Part shown: positions 21,133-30,649 of the stretch, piece by piece
Layout of the letters: the number at the start of each line of letters is the position of its first letter
Numbering within the stretch: position 1 is the stretch's first letter
NCBI GenBank assembly: GCA_040386535.1
Contig: JAZKFH010000012.1
Location: 1-64,000, forward strand
DNA length: 64,000 bases
Reading direction: 5' to 3'
Source: Myxococcota bacterium
GTDB lineage: Bacteria > Myxococcota_A > UBA796 > SXON01
The notes under the pieces: model-generated
Told to the model about the DNA's origin: nothing
Databases searched by the model: none
What the model saw: the letters and a program-made list of their open reading frames with translations, nothing else
Position numbers and translations under genes: made by a program

Positions 21133-22698
21133 ATGCTGCGCCTGCTCCCGCTCCTCGTCCTGACGCTCGCCTGTGGCGGGCTCGGTCTCCCCGACGGCCA
21201 CGACCACGACGAGGGCGGCGCCCACGCGGAGGCGGAGGACCCGCGCCCCGACAACGCCGTGACGCTCTACCAGGGCGGCCTCGAGCTGTTCATGGAGTTC
21301 CCTTCGCTCGTGGTGGGCGAGGAGTCGCCGCTCATCGCGCACTTCACCGACACGCGCGACCCGGAGAACTTCGTCTGGGTCACCGAGGGGAGCATCGTCG
21401 CGACGCTCCGCTTCGCGGACGGCACCGAGGAGACCTTCGCCGCGGACAAGCTCCTCCGGAACGGCATCTTCAAGCCCATCGTCAAGCCCACGAAGGCGGG
21501 GCAGGCGACCTTCTCGCTCACCCTCTCCGGGCACCCGGCGGCGGGGACGGTGGAGGTCGGCGAGGTCACGGTCTTTCCGACGGTGGAGGCGGCCGTCGCC
21601 GGGGCGCCGCCCGAGGAGCCCGGCGAGCCGACGGTCGGCTACCTGAAGGAGTCGCAGTGGAAGACGAGCTACGCCACCGCGGCGGCGGCCCCCGGCAACG
21701 TGCGCGCGGGGGTGCGCGCCACGGGCGAGATCCGGGCCGTGGCGGGCGCGGAAGCGGAGCTCTCGGCGCCGGTCGCGGGGCGGCTGCTCCTCCGCGAGCC
21801 GCTGTACGTCGGGCGCTCGGTGAAGAAGGGCGACCTCTTGGCGGAGATCGCGCCGGTCATCGACGCCGACCGCGCGGGGCTCGACGCGACCCTGACGGCG
21901 GCCCGAGCGGACCTGGGCGTGGCCGAGCGGGCGGTCGAGCGGGCCCGGTCGCTGCATCCGGCGGTGGTCTCGGAACGGGAGCTGCGGGAGGCCGAGGCGG
22001 TCTTGACCGGAGCGAAGGCCCGAGCCGAGGCAGCGGAGTCGCGCCTCGCGGTTGTCCGCGGCGCCCAGACGGGCGGCGCCGGCTCCTCCGGGTCCGCGTT
22101 CGCCCTGCGCGCGCCGTTCGACGGGGTGATCGTGACCACGAACGCCGTGACCGGCCAGAGCGTCGGCGCCGGCGATGCCGTGGTCCGTGTCGTCGACCCC
22201 CGCGAGGTGTGGCTGTACGCGCGGATCTCCGAGGCGGACGCGGCGAAGGCGGCCAACCCGATCGGCGCGACCTTCGCGCTCTCGGGCTCCGAGGAGGTGA
22301 TCGACATCGCGAGCCGCAACGGCCGGCTCGTCTCGGTGGGCGCCGCGCTCGACCCCGCCACGCGCACGCTCCCCGTGCTCTTCGCGCTCGACAACGCCGA
22401 CGGCGCGCTCAAGCCCGGCATGTTCGCCCGCGCGACGGTCTTCACCAGCGAGAGCGACGCGGGCGTCGTGATCCCCGCCTCAGCCGTGGTCGACGATGGC
22501 GGGCGGCCCACCGTCTTCGTGATGGAAGGGGGCGAGGCGTTCTTCAAGCGCGTGGTTCGGCTCGGCGCACGTGACGGAGATCGGGTGCAGGTGCTCTCCG
22601 GCGTCGCAGATGGCGAGCGCGTCGTGAGCAGCGGCGCCTACGAGGTCCACCTCTCCACCGTGTCCGGGGCGATCCCCGAGCACGGACACGCCCATTGA
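21133..22698 (+). CDS. RND periplasmic adaptor with His-rich ends and an extra N-terminal domain
   Basis: Lipobox LAC, GHDHD, MFP motifs, C-terminal EHGHAH. Confidence 0.92.
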   Translation: MLRLLPLLVLTLACGGLGLPDGHDHDEGGAHAEAEDPRPDNAVTLYQGGLELFMEFPSLVVGEESPLIAHFTDTRDPENFVWVTEGSIVATLRFADGTEETFAADKLLRNGIFKPIVKPTKAGQATFSLTLSGHPAAGTVEVGEVTVFPTVEAAVAGAPPEEPGEPTVGYLKESQWKTSYATAAAAPGNVRAGVRATGEIRAVAGAEAELSAPVAGRLLLREPLYVGRSVKKGDLLAEIAPVIDADRAGLDATLTAARADLGVAERAVERARSLHPAVVSERELREAEAVLTGAKARAEAAESRLAVVRGAQTGGAGSSGSAFALRAPFDGVIVTTNAVTGQSVGAGDAVVRVVDPREVWLYARISEADAAKAANPIGATFALSGSEEVIDIASRNGRLVSVGAALDPATRTLPVLFALDNADGALKPGMFARATVFTSESDAGVVIPASAVVDDGGRPTVFVMEGGEAFFKRVVRLGARDGDRVQVLSGVADGERVVSSGAYEVHLSTVSGAIPEHGHAH

Positions 22699-22738
22699 AC
22701 GGCCCTAAGGCCGTTCCCAGCATCACTGGGGAGCTGAA

Positions 22739-25700
22739 TTGAACCGCCTCATCCGCTGGTCCATCGACCACCGCTTCCTCGTGCTGGTCGCCTCCGCTCT
22801 CCTCCTCGTGTGGGGGCTGATCGTCGCGCGCGGCATGCCCGTCGACGTGTTTCCCGACATCACCGCCCCGACCGTCACCGTCGTGACCGAGGCCCACGGG
22901 CTCGCGCCGGAGGAGGTCGAGACACTCGTGACCTTCCCCATCGAGACGGGCGTGAACGGCGCCACGGGCGTCCGTCGCGTGCGCTCGGCGAGCGGCGTCG
23001 GCATCTCCATCGTGTGGGTCGAGTTCGACTGGGGCACCGACATCCGCGACGCGCGGCAGGTCGTGAACGAGAAGCTCCAGCTCGTCGGCCCCCAGCTCCC
23101 GCAGGACATGCCGCCCCCGACGATGGCGCCGGTCTCCTCGGTGATGGGCGAGATCCTCTTCCTGTCGGTCGCGTGGAAGGACCCGGCGACCGAGGACGCG
23201 GGGCGGCTCGAGCAGGCGATGGTCGCGCGGACCACCGCCGAGCAGGTGCTCCGCAAGCGCATCCTCGCGGTGGCGGGCGTCTCCCAGGTCGTCCCCATCG
23301 GCGGCGCCGTGAAGCAGGCGCAGGTGCGCCTCCGCCCGGAGGCGATGGCGGCCTACGGCGTCAGCTTTGAGGATGTGGCGCACGCGCTCCGCGGAGGCAG
23401 CGCCAACGCCTCCGGCGGGTTCGTCTCGGAGAACGGCCAGGAGCTGTTGCTGCGCGTGGTGGGACGCGCCGCGGACGTGGGCGACATCGGCATGACCGTC
23501 GTGGACGTGCGCGACGGCTCGCCCATCTACGTCCGTGACCTCGCGACCGTGAAGATGGGCCCGAAGGTCAAGCGCGGCGAAGGCTCGTCGAACGCGAAGC
23601 CGGCGGTCGTCCTCGCCATCATGAAGCAGCCCGAAGCGAACACGCTGGACCTGACCGCGCGCATCGACGGGATGCTCGACGAGATCGAGCCCACCTTGCC
23701 CGAGGGCATCGTGGTCGACCGGCAGGTCTTCCGCCAGTCGGACTTCATCTCCGCCGCGGTCGACAACGTGTCCGAGGCGCTCCGCGACGGCGCGATCCTC
23801 GTCGCGGTCATCCTGCTGCTCTTCCTCGGGAACTTCCGCGCGGCGGCCATCTCGCTCGCCGCGATCCCGCTCTCGCTCGTGGTGGCCGTCCTCTTCCTCG
23901 ACCAGCTGGGCATCACGCTCAACACCATGACGCTCGGCGGGCTGACCATCGCGATCGGCTCGGTCGTCGACGACGCCATCATCGACGTGGAGAACGTGTA
24001 CCGGCGCCTCCGCGAGAACGCGGCGCGCCCGGAGGCCGAGCGCCGGGCCGTGCTCGATGTCGTCTATGACGCCTCGGTGGAGGTCCGCACCTCCATCGTG
24101 TTCGCCACGCTCATCATCATCCTCGTCTTCCTGCCGCTCTTCTTCCTCTCCGGCGTCGAGGGGCGCATGCTCGCGCCGCTCGGGCTCGCCTACATCGTGT
24201 CGATCGCGAGCTCCTTGCTCGTGGCGGTCACGCTGACGCCCGCGCTCGCCGCGATGATGCTGCCGAAGTCGGCGGCGCTGTCGCACGAGAGCCGCGTCAT
24301 GGGCTGGCTCAAGCGTGGGTACGCGCCGGTGCTCGGCGGCGCCCTGCGGCACCCCTGGGTGGTGCTCGGTGCCTCCGGGCTGGCTCTCCTTGCCGCGCTC
24401 GCGGTGCTGCCCTTCCTCGGGCGGTCCTTCCTCCCCGAGTTCAACGAGGGCGCCCTCACGCTGAACGTCCTGACCCTGCCCGGCACGTCGCTGGAGGAGT
24501 CGGACAAGCTCGGTCGTCGCGTCGAAGAGGCGCTCATGACCTTCCCCGAGGTTGCCGGCACCGCGCGGCGTACCGGCCGCGCCGAGCTCGACGAGCACGC
24601 GCAGGACGTGAACGCCGCGGAACTCGACGTGCGTCTCGACCTGTCCCGCGGCGAGCGCGACCGCGAGACGTTCCTCGCCGACCTCCGCAAGGGGCTCGCG
24701 CAGATCCCCGGCGCGGTCATCACCGTCGGCCAGCCGCTCTCCCACCGCATCGACCACATGCTCTCGGGGTCGCGCTCGGCCATCGCCATCAAGCTCTTCG
24801 GGGACGACCTCGGCACGCTGCGGCAGCTCGCCGACCAGATCGCCGAGGCGGTCCAGACCGTGCCCGGCGCGGTGGACGTGGCCGTCGAGCAGCAGGTCGA
24901 CATCCCCGCGCTCGAGGTGCGCGCCGACCGCGAGCAGCTCGCCCGCTACGGGCTCGGCGCAGGCGAGCTCGCCGAGGCGGTGGAGCGCGCCTGGACTGGT
25001 GAGACCGTCGGGATGTTGCTCGAAGGCCAGCGGACCATCGACATGGTGCTCCTCCTCGACGCGCGCGACCGTGACGGCGTCGCATCCGTTGCTGCGACCC
25101 CCATCGACACCCCGTCCGGCTTCACCGTGCCGCTCGGATCCCTGGCGACGATTACCCGTGATTCGAGCCCGAACACGATCTCGCGGGAGGGCGTGGTCCG
25201 GAAGATGGTCGTCCAGGCGAACGTCGCCGAGCGCGACCTGGCCGCGGTCGTGGACGACATCCGGGCGAAGGTGGCGGCCGACGTGCCGCTCCCCGAGGGC
25301 TACTTCGTGGTCTACGGAGGGCAGTTCGAGAGCGCTGCGGAGGCGACCCGGACGATCGGGCTCCTCTCGATCGGCGTGCTCCTTGGGATCAGCGTGCTGC
25401 TCGTGGTGGCGCTCGGTTCGATGCGGAACGCGGTCATGACTCTCATCAACCTGCCGCTCGCGCTCATCGGCGGCGTGTTCGCGGTCGCGATGACCTCAGC
25501 CGTCGTGTCCATCCCCGTGCTCGTCGGCTTCATCACCCTGTTCGGCATCGCCACGCGCAACGGCATCATGATGGTGACCCACTTCGAGCACCTGCTCGCC
25601 GAGGGGAAGAGCATCGGGGAGGCCGTCGTACAGGGCTCGATGGAGCGCCTCTCGCCCATCCTGATGACCGCGCTGTGCGCCGGCCTCGCGCTCGTGCCGC

Positions 25701-25885
25701 TGGTCATGGCCGCGGACGAGCCGGGCAACGAGATCCAGGCGCCGATGGGCGTCGTGCTCCTCGGGGGGCTCCTCTCCAGCACGGCGCTGAACATGGTGGT
25801 GGTCCCGGTGTTGTTCCAGCGCTTCGGGAGGCGAACGGTGGCCGCGCCGGCGCCGGTGGTGACCCGGCTGGGAGGTGAAGCGTGA
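22739..25885 (+). CDS. CusA/CzcA-family RND efflux permease
   Basis: MPVDVFPD, GSVVDDAIIDVEN, ERLSPILMTAL, GNEIQAPM; TTG start. Confidence 0.96.
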   Translation: MNRLIRWSIDHRFLVLVASALLLVWGLIVARGMPVDVFPDITAPTVTVVTEAHGLAPEEVETLVTFPIETGVNGATGVRRVRSASGVGISIVWVEFDWGTDIRDARQVVNEKLQLVGPQLPQDMPPPTMAPVSSVMGEILFLSVAWKDPATEDAGRLEQAMVARTTAEQVLRKRILAVAGVSQVVPIGGAVKQAQVRLRPEAMAAYGVSFEDVAHALRGGSANASGGFVSENGQELLLRVVGRAADVGDIGMTVVDVRDGSPIYVRDLATVKMGPKVKRGEGSSNAKPAVVLAIMKQPEANTLDLTARIDGMLDEIEPTLPEGIVVDRQVFRQSDFISAAVDNVSEALRDGAILVAVILLLFLGNFRAAAISLAAIPLSLVVAVLFLDQLGITLNTMTLGGLTIAIGSVVDDAIIDVENVYRRLRENAARPEAERRAVLDVVYDASVEVRTSIVFATLIIILVFLPLFFLSGVEGRMLAPLGLAYIVSIASSLLVAVTLTPALAAMMLPKSAALSHESRVMGWLKRGYAPVLGGALRHPWVVLGASGLALLAALAVLPFLGRSFLPEFNEGALTLNVLTLPGTSLEESDKLGRRVEEALMTFPEVAGTARRTGRAELDEHAQDVNAAELDVRLDLSRGERDRETFLADLRKGLAQIPGAVITVGQPLSHRIDHMLSGSRSAIAIKLFGDDLGTLRQLADQIAEAVQTVPGAVDVAVEQQVDIPALEVRADREQLARYGLGAGELAEAVERAWTGETVGMLLEGQRTIDMVLLLDARDRDGVASVAATPIDTPSGFTVPLGSLATITRDSSPNTISREGVVRKMVVQANVAERDLAAVVDDIRAKVAADVPLPEGYFVVYGGQFESAAEATRTIGLLSIGVLLGISVLLVVALGSMRNAVMTLINLPLALIGGVFAVAMTSAVVSIPVLVGFITLFGIATRNGIMMVTHFEHLLAEGKSIGEAVVQGSMERLSPILMTALCAGLALVPLVMAADEPGNEIQAPMGVVLLGGLLSSTALNMVVVPVLFQRFGRRTVAAPAPVVTRLGGEA

Positions 25886-27027
25886 TCCTGCTCCTGTGCG
25901 GGCTCGCGCTCGCCATGACCCCCGACGAGGCCGTCCGCGCCGCGACGGTCAACGATCCAACGCTCGCCGGCGCCGAGGCGGACCTGGTGGCCGCGCAGGG
26001 AGCACGGCGGTCGGCAAGCTGGCTCCGGTCGAACCCGGAGGTCGAGCTCGGGGCGGACGTTGGCGGACAGCGGTTCGAGGCGTCCGTCACGCAGGACCTG
26101 TCGCTCTCGGGCGCGGGGTTCGCGGACGCGCGGAGCGGTCGCTACGGCGTCGAGGCAGCGGAGGCCGGTCTGGTTCGGGCCCGCCTCATCGCGGCGGCGG
26201 AGGCGTGGCGAGCGTGGGCCCGGTTGGCGGCGGCGGACGGCGCCCTGCGGGCCGCGGAGCGGGAGAAGGCGAGCGCCCGGACCGTGCGCGGGTCCACAGA
26301 GGCTCGACGCGGGGCAGGCGAGGCGTCCGACCTCGAGCTGGAGCTCGCACGGCTCGAGGAGGCGCGCGGCGTGGCCGCGTGGCTCCAGGCGGTCGACGAG
26401 CGGGCCGACGCCCAAGCGGATCTGGCCGCCATCACGGGCGACGCGACCACGACGGCGGAGGGGGATCCCCTCGACGCGGTGCCCCCAGCCGGCTCCGGGG
26501 GTGCGCGTTCGGACGTGGCGGCCGCCGAGGCACGGGTGGAGGCGGCGCGCGCGGCGCTGGCGCGGGAGCGTGCGGAGGGGGTGCCGTCCGTAGGGCTCGG
26601 GGCCTTCGTCGAGAGCGAGGGAGCCCGGACGCTCGCGGGCCCCGCCATCCGGCTGGAGCTGCCGATCTGGCAGCAGAACGCGGGCGGACGCGGGGCGGCA
26701 AAGGGGGACCTCGCCGTGGCCGAGGCGCAGGCCACCGCCACACGCGCCCGAGCGGAGGCCGAGCAGGCGTCGACGTCGCGGCGCTTGGGGGAGCTTGGAG
26801 AGGCCGGTTCCTCGCTCGCGCCGGGGGTGGACGCCTCGGCGGACACGGCAGCCCGGGCCATCGAGGCGGGCGTCGCGAGCGGGGAGATCGACCCCGTGCA
26901 GGCCGCGCTGCTGCGGGCCCGCGTGTACGAGGGGCAACGTGGCTGGTACGCCGCCCGGCTGGCGGAGGCCGAGGGGCGGATCGACGCGGCGTTGGCGGTC
27001 GAGGATACGGGGCTGCTCGCCCGATGA
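25882..27027 (+). CDS. TolC/CzcC-family outer membrane efflux protein
   Basis: NPEVELG, RSDVAAA, LELPIWQQN; helical repeats; directly after the RND gene. Confidence 0.85.
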   Translation: MILLLCGLALAMTPDEAVRAATVNDPTLAGAEADLVAAQGARRSASWLRSNPEVELGADVGGQRFEASVTQDLSLSGAGFADARSGRYGVEAAEAGLVRARLIAAAEAWRAWARLAAADGALRAAEREKASARTVRGSTEARRGAGEASDLELELARLEEARGVAAWLQAVDERADAQADLAAITGDATTTAEGDPLDAVPPAGSGGARSDVAAAEARVEAARAALARERAEGVPSVGLGAFVESEGARTLAGPAIRLELPIWQQNAGGRGAAKGDLAVAEAQATATRARAEAEQASTSRRLGELGEAGSSLAPGVDASADTAARAIEAGVASGEIDPVQAALLRARVYEGQRGWYAARLAEAEGRIDAALAVEDTGLLAR

Positions 27028-27037
27028 CGCTCCTCGG

Positions 27038-28072
27038 ATGACCCTTCCGTTCGCCGCCCCGGCCGTGTGGTGCCTCCTCGCCGCCGCGCTCTTCGGCGCG
27101 AGCACCCCGATCGCGCGGGCGCTCCTCGACGGCATGGGGCCCCTCACGCTCGCCGGGCTGTTCTACCTGGGTGCCGCACTCGGAACGGCGCCCTGGGCTC
27201 TACGAGGGCACGCGGGCGTGGCCCGCCGGAGGGAGGATCGGTTCCGCCTCGCGGGCGCCGTGCTCTTCGGCGGCGTGGTCGGCCCCGTGCTGGTGTTGCT
27301 GGGGCTGCGGATGGCGCCCGCTGCGTCCGTCGCGCTCTGGCTCAACCTTGAGGCCCCGGCGACCGCGCTCCTCGGCTGGGCGTTCTTCCGCGAGCACGTC
27401 GACCGGCGCACCTGGATCGCTGCCGCGCTCGTGTGGGGGGCGAGCGTGGTGCTCGCTGCGCCGGAAGGCTTCGGGGGCGCGCTGGCGGCACTTCTCGTGC
27501 TCGGCGGCTGCTTCGCTTGGGGGCTCGACAACAACCTCACGTCGGTCATCGCCGGCTACACACCCGCGCAGACCACGTTCGTGAAGGGCCTCGCGGCGGG
27601 CACCGTCAACCTCGTCCTGGGCGCGGTGATCGAGGGCGCCCCGTCGATGGGGATGGCTGTCGTCCTGGCGCTGGTGGTCGGCGTCTTCGCCTACGGCGCC
27701 TCCATCGTGCTCTACGTCGCCGGCGCCCAGCAACTCGGCGCGACACGCGCGCAGATGATCTTCGCCACGGCGCCGTTCTGGGGCGTGGGGCTCGCATGGG
27801 TGGGCCTCGGCGAGACCGTGCTGCCGGCGCAGCTCCTCGCGGCCGCCGGGATGGTCGGCGCGCTCGTGCTCCTGTTCACGGAGCGCCACGGGCGTGTGCA
27901 CACGCACGAGACGATGCACCACACCCACTGGCACCGCCATGACGACGGGCACCACGACCACACGCACCCGGGCGGAAACCCGTGGGGCTGGCACATCCAC
28001 GAGCACGGGCACGAGCCGATGACACACACCCATCCGCATCGGCCCGACCTTCACCATCGCCACGGACCTTGA
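27038..28072 (+). CDS. DMT/EamA transporter with His-rich C-terminal tail
   Basis: Two EamA repeats (LFGASTP; WGLDNNLT); tail HTHETMHHTHWHRHDDGHHDH...HRPDLHHRH. Confidence 0.9.
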   Translation: MTLPFAAPAVWCLLAAALFGASTPIARALLDGMGPLTLAGLFYLGAALGTAPWALRGHAGVARRREDRFRLAGAVLFGGVVGPVLVLLGLRMAPAASVALWLNLEAPATALLGWAFFREHVDRRTWIAAALVWGASVVLAAPEGFGGALAALLVLGGCFAWGLDNNLTSVIAGYTPAQTTFVKGLAAGTVNLVLGAVIEGAPSMGMAVVLALVVGVFAYGASIVLYVAGAQQLGATRAQMIFATAPFWGVGLAWVGLGETVLPAQLLAAAGMVGALVLLFTERHGRVHTHETMHHTHWHRHDDGHHDHTHPGGNPWGWHIHEHGHEPMTHTHPHRPDLHHRHGP

Positions 28073-28073
28073 A

Positions 28074-29180
28074 TTGACGGCACGAACCCGAACGAGCCTC
28101 GTCATGCCCATCCTGGTGGCCGCGGCTGCCCTGCTCTTCCCCGCGGTGGCCCTCGCGCACGGCGTCGATGACCAGGACCGCGCCTTCCTCGAGCAGAGCG
28201 TCGGGCCCCAGATCCTCTCGTTCATCTGGCTCGGCGCCAAGCACATGGTGACCGGGTACGACCACCTCCTGTTTTTGGTCGGCGTGATCTTCTTCCTCCA
28301 CCGCGTCCGGGACGTGGCGATCTACGTGTCGTTGTTCGCGCTGGGCCACAGCCTGACGCTCACGGGCGGGGTCCTCACCGGCACGAACGTGAACCCCTAC
28401 GTGATCGACGCGATCATCGGCCTGTCCGTGGCCTACAAGGGTTTGGACAACCTCGGCTTCTTCAAGCGCCGGCTCGGGTTCCAGCCCGAAACCCGCTTGG
28501 CGGTCCTCGTGTTCGGCCTGTTCCACGGGCTCGGGCTCGCCACCAAGCTCCAGGAGTTCTCGCTCTCTCCCGAAGGCCTCGTCCCGAACATCCTGTCGTT
28601 CAACGTGGGCGTGGAGCTCGGGCAGTTCGTCGCGCTGGCGTTGATCCTCGTCGGCATGCGCGCCTGGCGAGCCACGTCCGGGTTCGCCAGGCACGCCTCG
28701 GCCGCCAATGTGGGGCTCGTCCTCGCGGGGATCGCGCTCGCGGGCTGGCAGGTGCGCGGCTACTTCCACGCGGGCGAACACGCCCCGGCGCCCGGGGTGG
28801 TGGCTGCCCCCGCGCCCGCGGCGCCCCCGTCGCCCGCTATCGAAGCGCCCGCCGAGTACATTTTCCGCACGGACGCCATCGAGCTCACGCTCCGCCCGAA
28901 CGAGGGGACCGAGGTAAAGGCGACGATGCGCGCGGGCGACCAGATGCTCTACTCCTGGAAGGCCGACGGGGAGCTGGCGTTCGAGTTCCACGGCGATCCG
29001 AAGGGCGCCAAGGCGGATGAGTTCACCAGCTATTCCAAGGGCGTGCAGGCCGCAGCGGAGGGGGAGTTCGAAGCCTCCTTCGAAGGCGTCCACGGCTGGT
29101 ACTGGCGCAACCGCACCCGTGAGCCCGTCACCGTCCACCTCGAGACGCGCGGCGTCTACGCGAAGCTCTCCCGCCTCTGA
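28074..29180 (+). CDS. HupE/UreJ-family membrane protein fused to a soluble C-terminal domain
   Basis: AHGV, GAKHMVTGYDHLLFL, GHSLTL, FGLFHGLG, FNVGVELGQ; C-domain FEFHGD...GVHGWYWRN. Confidence 0.88.
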   Translation: MTARTRTSLVMPILVAAAALLFPAVALAHGVDDQDRAFLEQSVGPQILSFIWLGAKHMVTGYDHLLFLVGVIFFLHRVRDVAIYVSLFALGHSLTLTGGVLTGTNVNPYVIDAIIGLSVAYKGLDNLGFFKRRLGFQPETRLAVLVFGLFHGLGLATKLQEFSLSPEGLVPNILSFNVGVELGQFVALALILVGMRAWRATSGFARHASAANVGLVLAGIALAGWQVRGYFHAGEHAPAPGVVAAPAPAAPPSPAIEAPAEYIFRTDAIELTLRPNEGTEVKATMRAGDQMLYSWKADGELAFEFHGDPKGAKADEFTSYSKGVQAAAEGEFEASFEGVHGWYWRNRTREPVTVHLETRGVYAKLSRL

Positions 29181-29212
29181 TCGACCCCCTCCACCCGTCC
29201 CGCGAGGTCTCC

Positions 29213-29653
29213 ATGCGCCTGTCCTTCCTCCTCCTCGGTCTCGGCCTCTCGACCGCCGCGCTCGCCCATCCCGGTGGCCACGGCGACGGGGAGACGGCTC
29301 CGCGGCACGCGGCCCCCGCGCCGGCCCCGACCGCCATCCCCGCGACCTACCCCGAAGTGATCGCGGCCCTTCGCGAGCGTGCGGCGGCCGCGGGTGTGGC
29401 GCTCGACGGGCAAAAGATCGTGGACGTTCATCGCGCAGTTCGCGCCCTCACGGACCTCTCGGCCGCGCTTCCTGCGAAGGCGGATGGCCTCTCGGCGGAG
29501 GCGAAGGCGACCGTGGCGCAGAAGGCCACCAGCCTGAAGCAGCACATCGACGCGCTCGTCATCGCGGCGGACAAGGGCAACGGGCCGAACGGCAAGGCGG
29601 CGTTGGTGGCGATTCAGGCGGATCTCGATGCGCTCGGGGCGTTGGCGAAGTAG
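29213..29653 (+). CDS. Secreted helical-bundle hypothetical protein with N-terminal HPGGHG
   Basis: Signal peptide ending ALA, His motif at the mature N-terminus, SD GAGG. Confidence 0.75.
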   Translation: MRLSFLLLGLGLSTAALAHPGGHGDGETAPRHAAPAPAPTAIPATYPEVIAALRERAAAAGVALDGQKIVDVHRAVRALTDLSAALPAKADGLSAEAKATVAQKATSLKQHIDALVIAADKGNGPNGKAALVAIQADLDALGALAK

Positions 29654-29759
29654 GGCCGGTCGTTTCTTCGGGCGACCGGCGTAGGGCCAACGCCGTTCCT
29701 GTTGCGGCGATTGACGTATGCGGTGTTGCGCTGCGCGCGCGGGCCGCTACCAGGAGGCG

Positions 29760-30599
29760 ATGACGACCAACCCGGTGACCGCCGCCGTGCAGCGCCTGGA
29801 CGCCGAGTTTCCCGCCCTCGCCGCCGCCGTCATGCCCGACTTCGAGGTGAACGCTCGTCGCGCCGCCGCGACGTACGGTATGAAGGGACTCCACGAACAG
29901 CGCCGCTTGAGCCTTCTGACCGCTCTGGACGCTGCGGACTGGGGCGACAGCTCGCGGAGCATCCTCACCACCCTGAACGCTCAGGCGCTGGCGCTGGCGG
30001 GGGTCTCGAACGCGCCGCGGGTGTTCCGGGGGCTCGCGGAGTGCGTCCAGGGCAAGCTGCTCGCTGTCGTCTCGGAGCTTGCGTTTGCGAGCTACCTTCG
30101 TGCGAACGGAGCCAGCATCGCGTTCGAGGTCAGCTACACCCTCCGCTCTGCGGGGACCGTGGCGAGCCGGGACGTCGACGTGCTCGCGACGTGGGATTGG
30201 GGCTCCGTCGCCTTTGATGTGTACTCGCCCGTGAAGGAGATGCACAACACCACTACCGGCTTCATTGATCCGCGTCCCCGCGGACTCGCGCGCGTCGTGG
30301 CCGACAAGGTCGCCCACAAGTTCGGCTCCGAGGGCTCGGCTTGCGACGGGTTGCCCTCGGGCGCATTGAAGGTCATCGCGGTGGACCTTGCGTACAATCA
30401 CGCCGGATTCTTCGGACTCCACTCGCCGCTCGGTCAGGTCAAGGAGGAGATGGCGGCGGCGGCCCTGGCCGGCGCCGATGCCGTGCTGGTCTTCTCCCAC
30501 TACCAGCAGCGCGAGGGCCACCCCGTGGTGGCGCACGGCATTCTCTATGGCTCGCCGCGTTGCGCTCCGCTCTACAGGCAGTTTGGCCTCGGCGGATGA
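29760..30599 (+). CDS. Hypothetical protein, possible PD-(D/E)xK restriction-endonuclease-like fold
   Basis: SD AGGAGG; SEL...YL...FE...RDVDVLA...AFDVYSP pattern. Confidence 0.55.
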   Translation: MTTNPVTAAVQRLDAEFPALAAAVMPDFEVNARRAAATYGMKGLHEQRRLSLLTALDAADWGDSSRSILTTLNAQALALAGVSNAPRVFRGLAECVQGKLLAVVSELAFASYLRANGASIAFEVSYTLRSAGTVASRDVDVLATWDWGSVAFDVYSPVKEMHNTTTGFIDPRPRGLARVVADKVAHKFGSEGSACDGLPSGALKVIAVDLAYNHAGFFGLHSPLGQVKEEMAAAALAGADAVLVFSHYQQREGHPVVAHGILYGSPRCAPLYRQFGLGG

Positions 30600-30649
30600 T
30601 CGACGTGCGTTGAGGTTATGGTCGGAGGCCATGAAATCCCGTCCAACGG

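Noticed and set aside
29650..29690. GTAGGGCC direct repeat around a hairpin as an island boundary
   Set aside because: Only 8 bp with no partner seen at the other end of the cluster; more simply a terminator-like stem.
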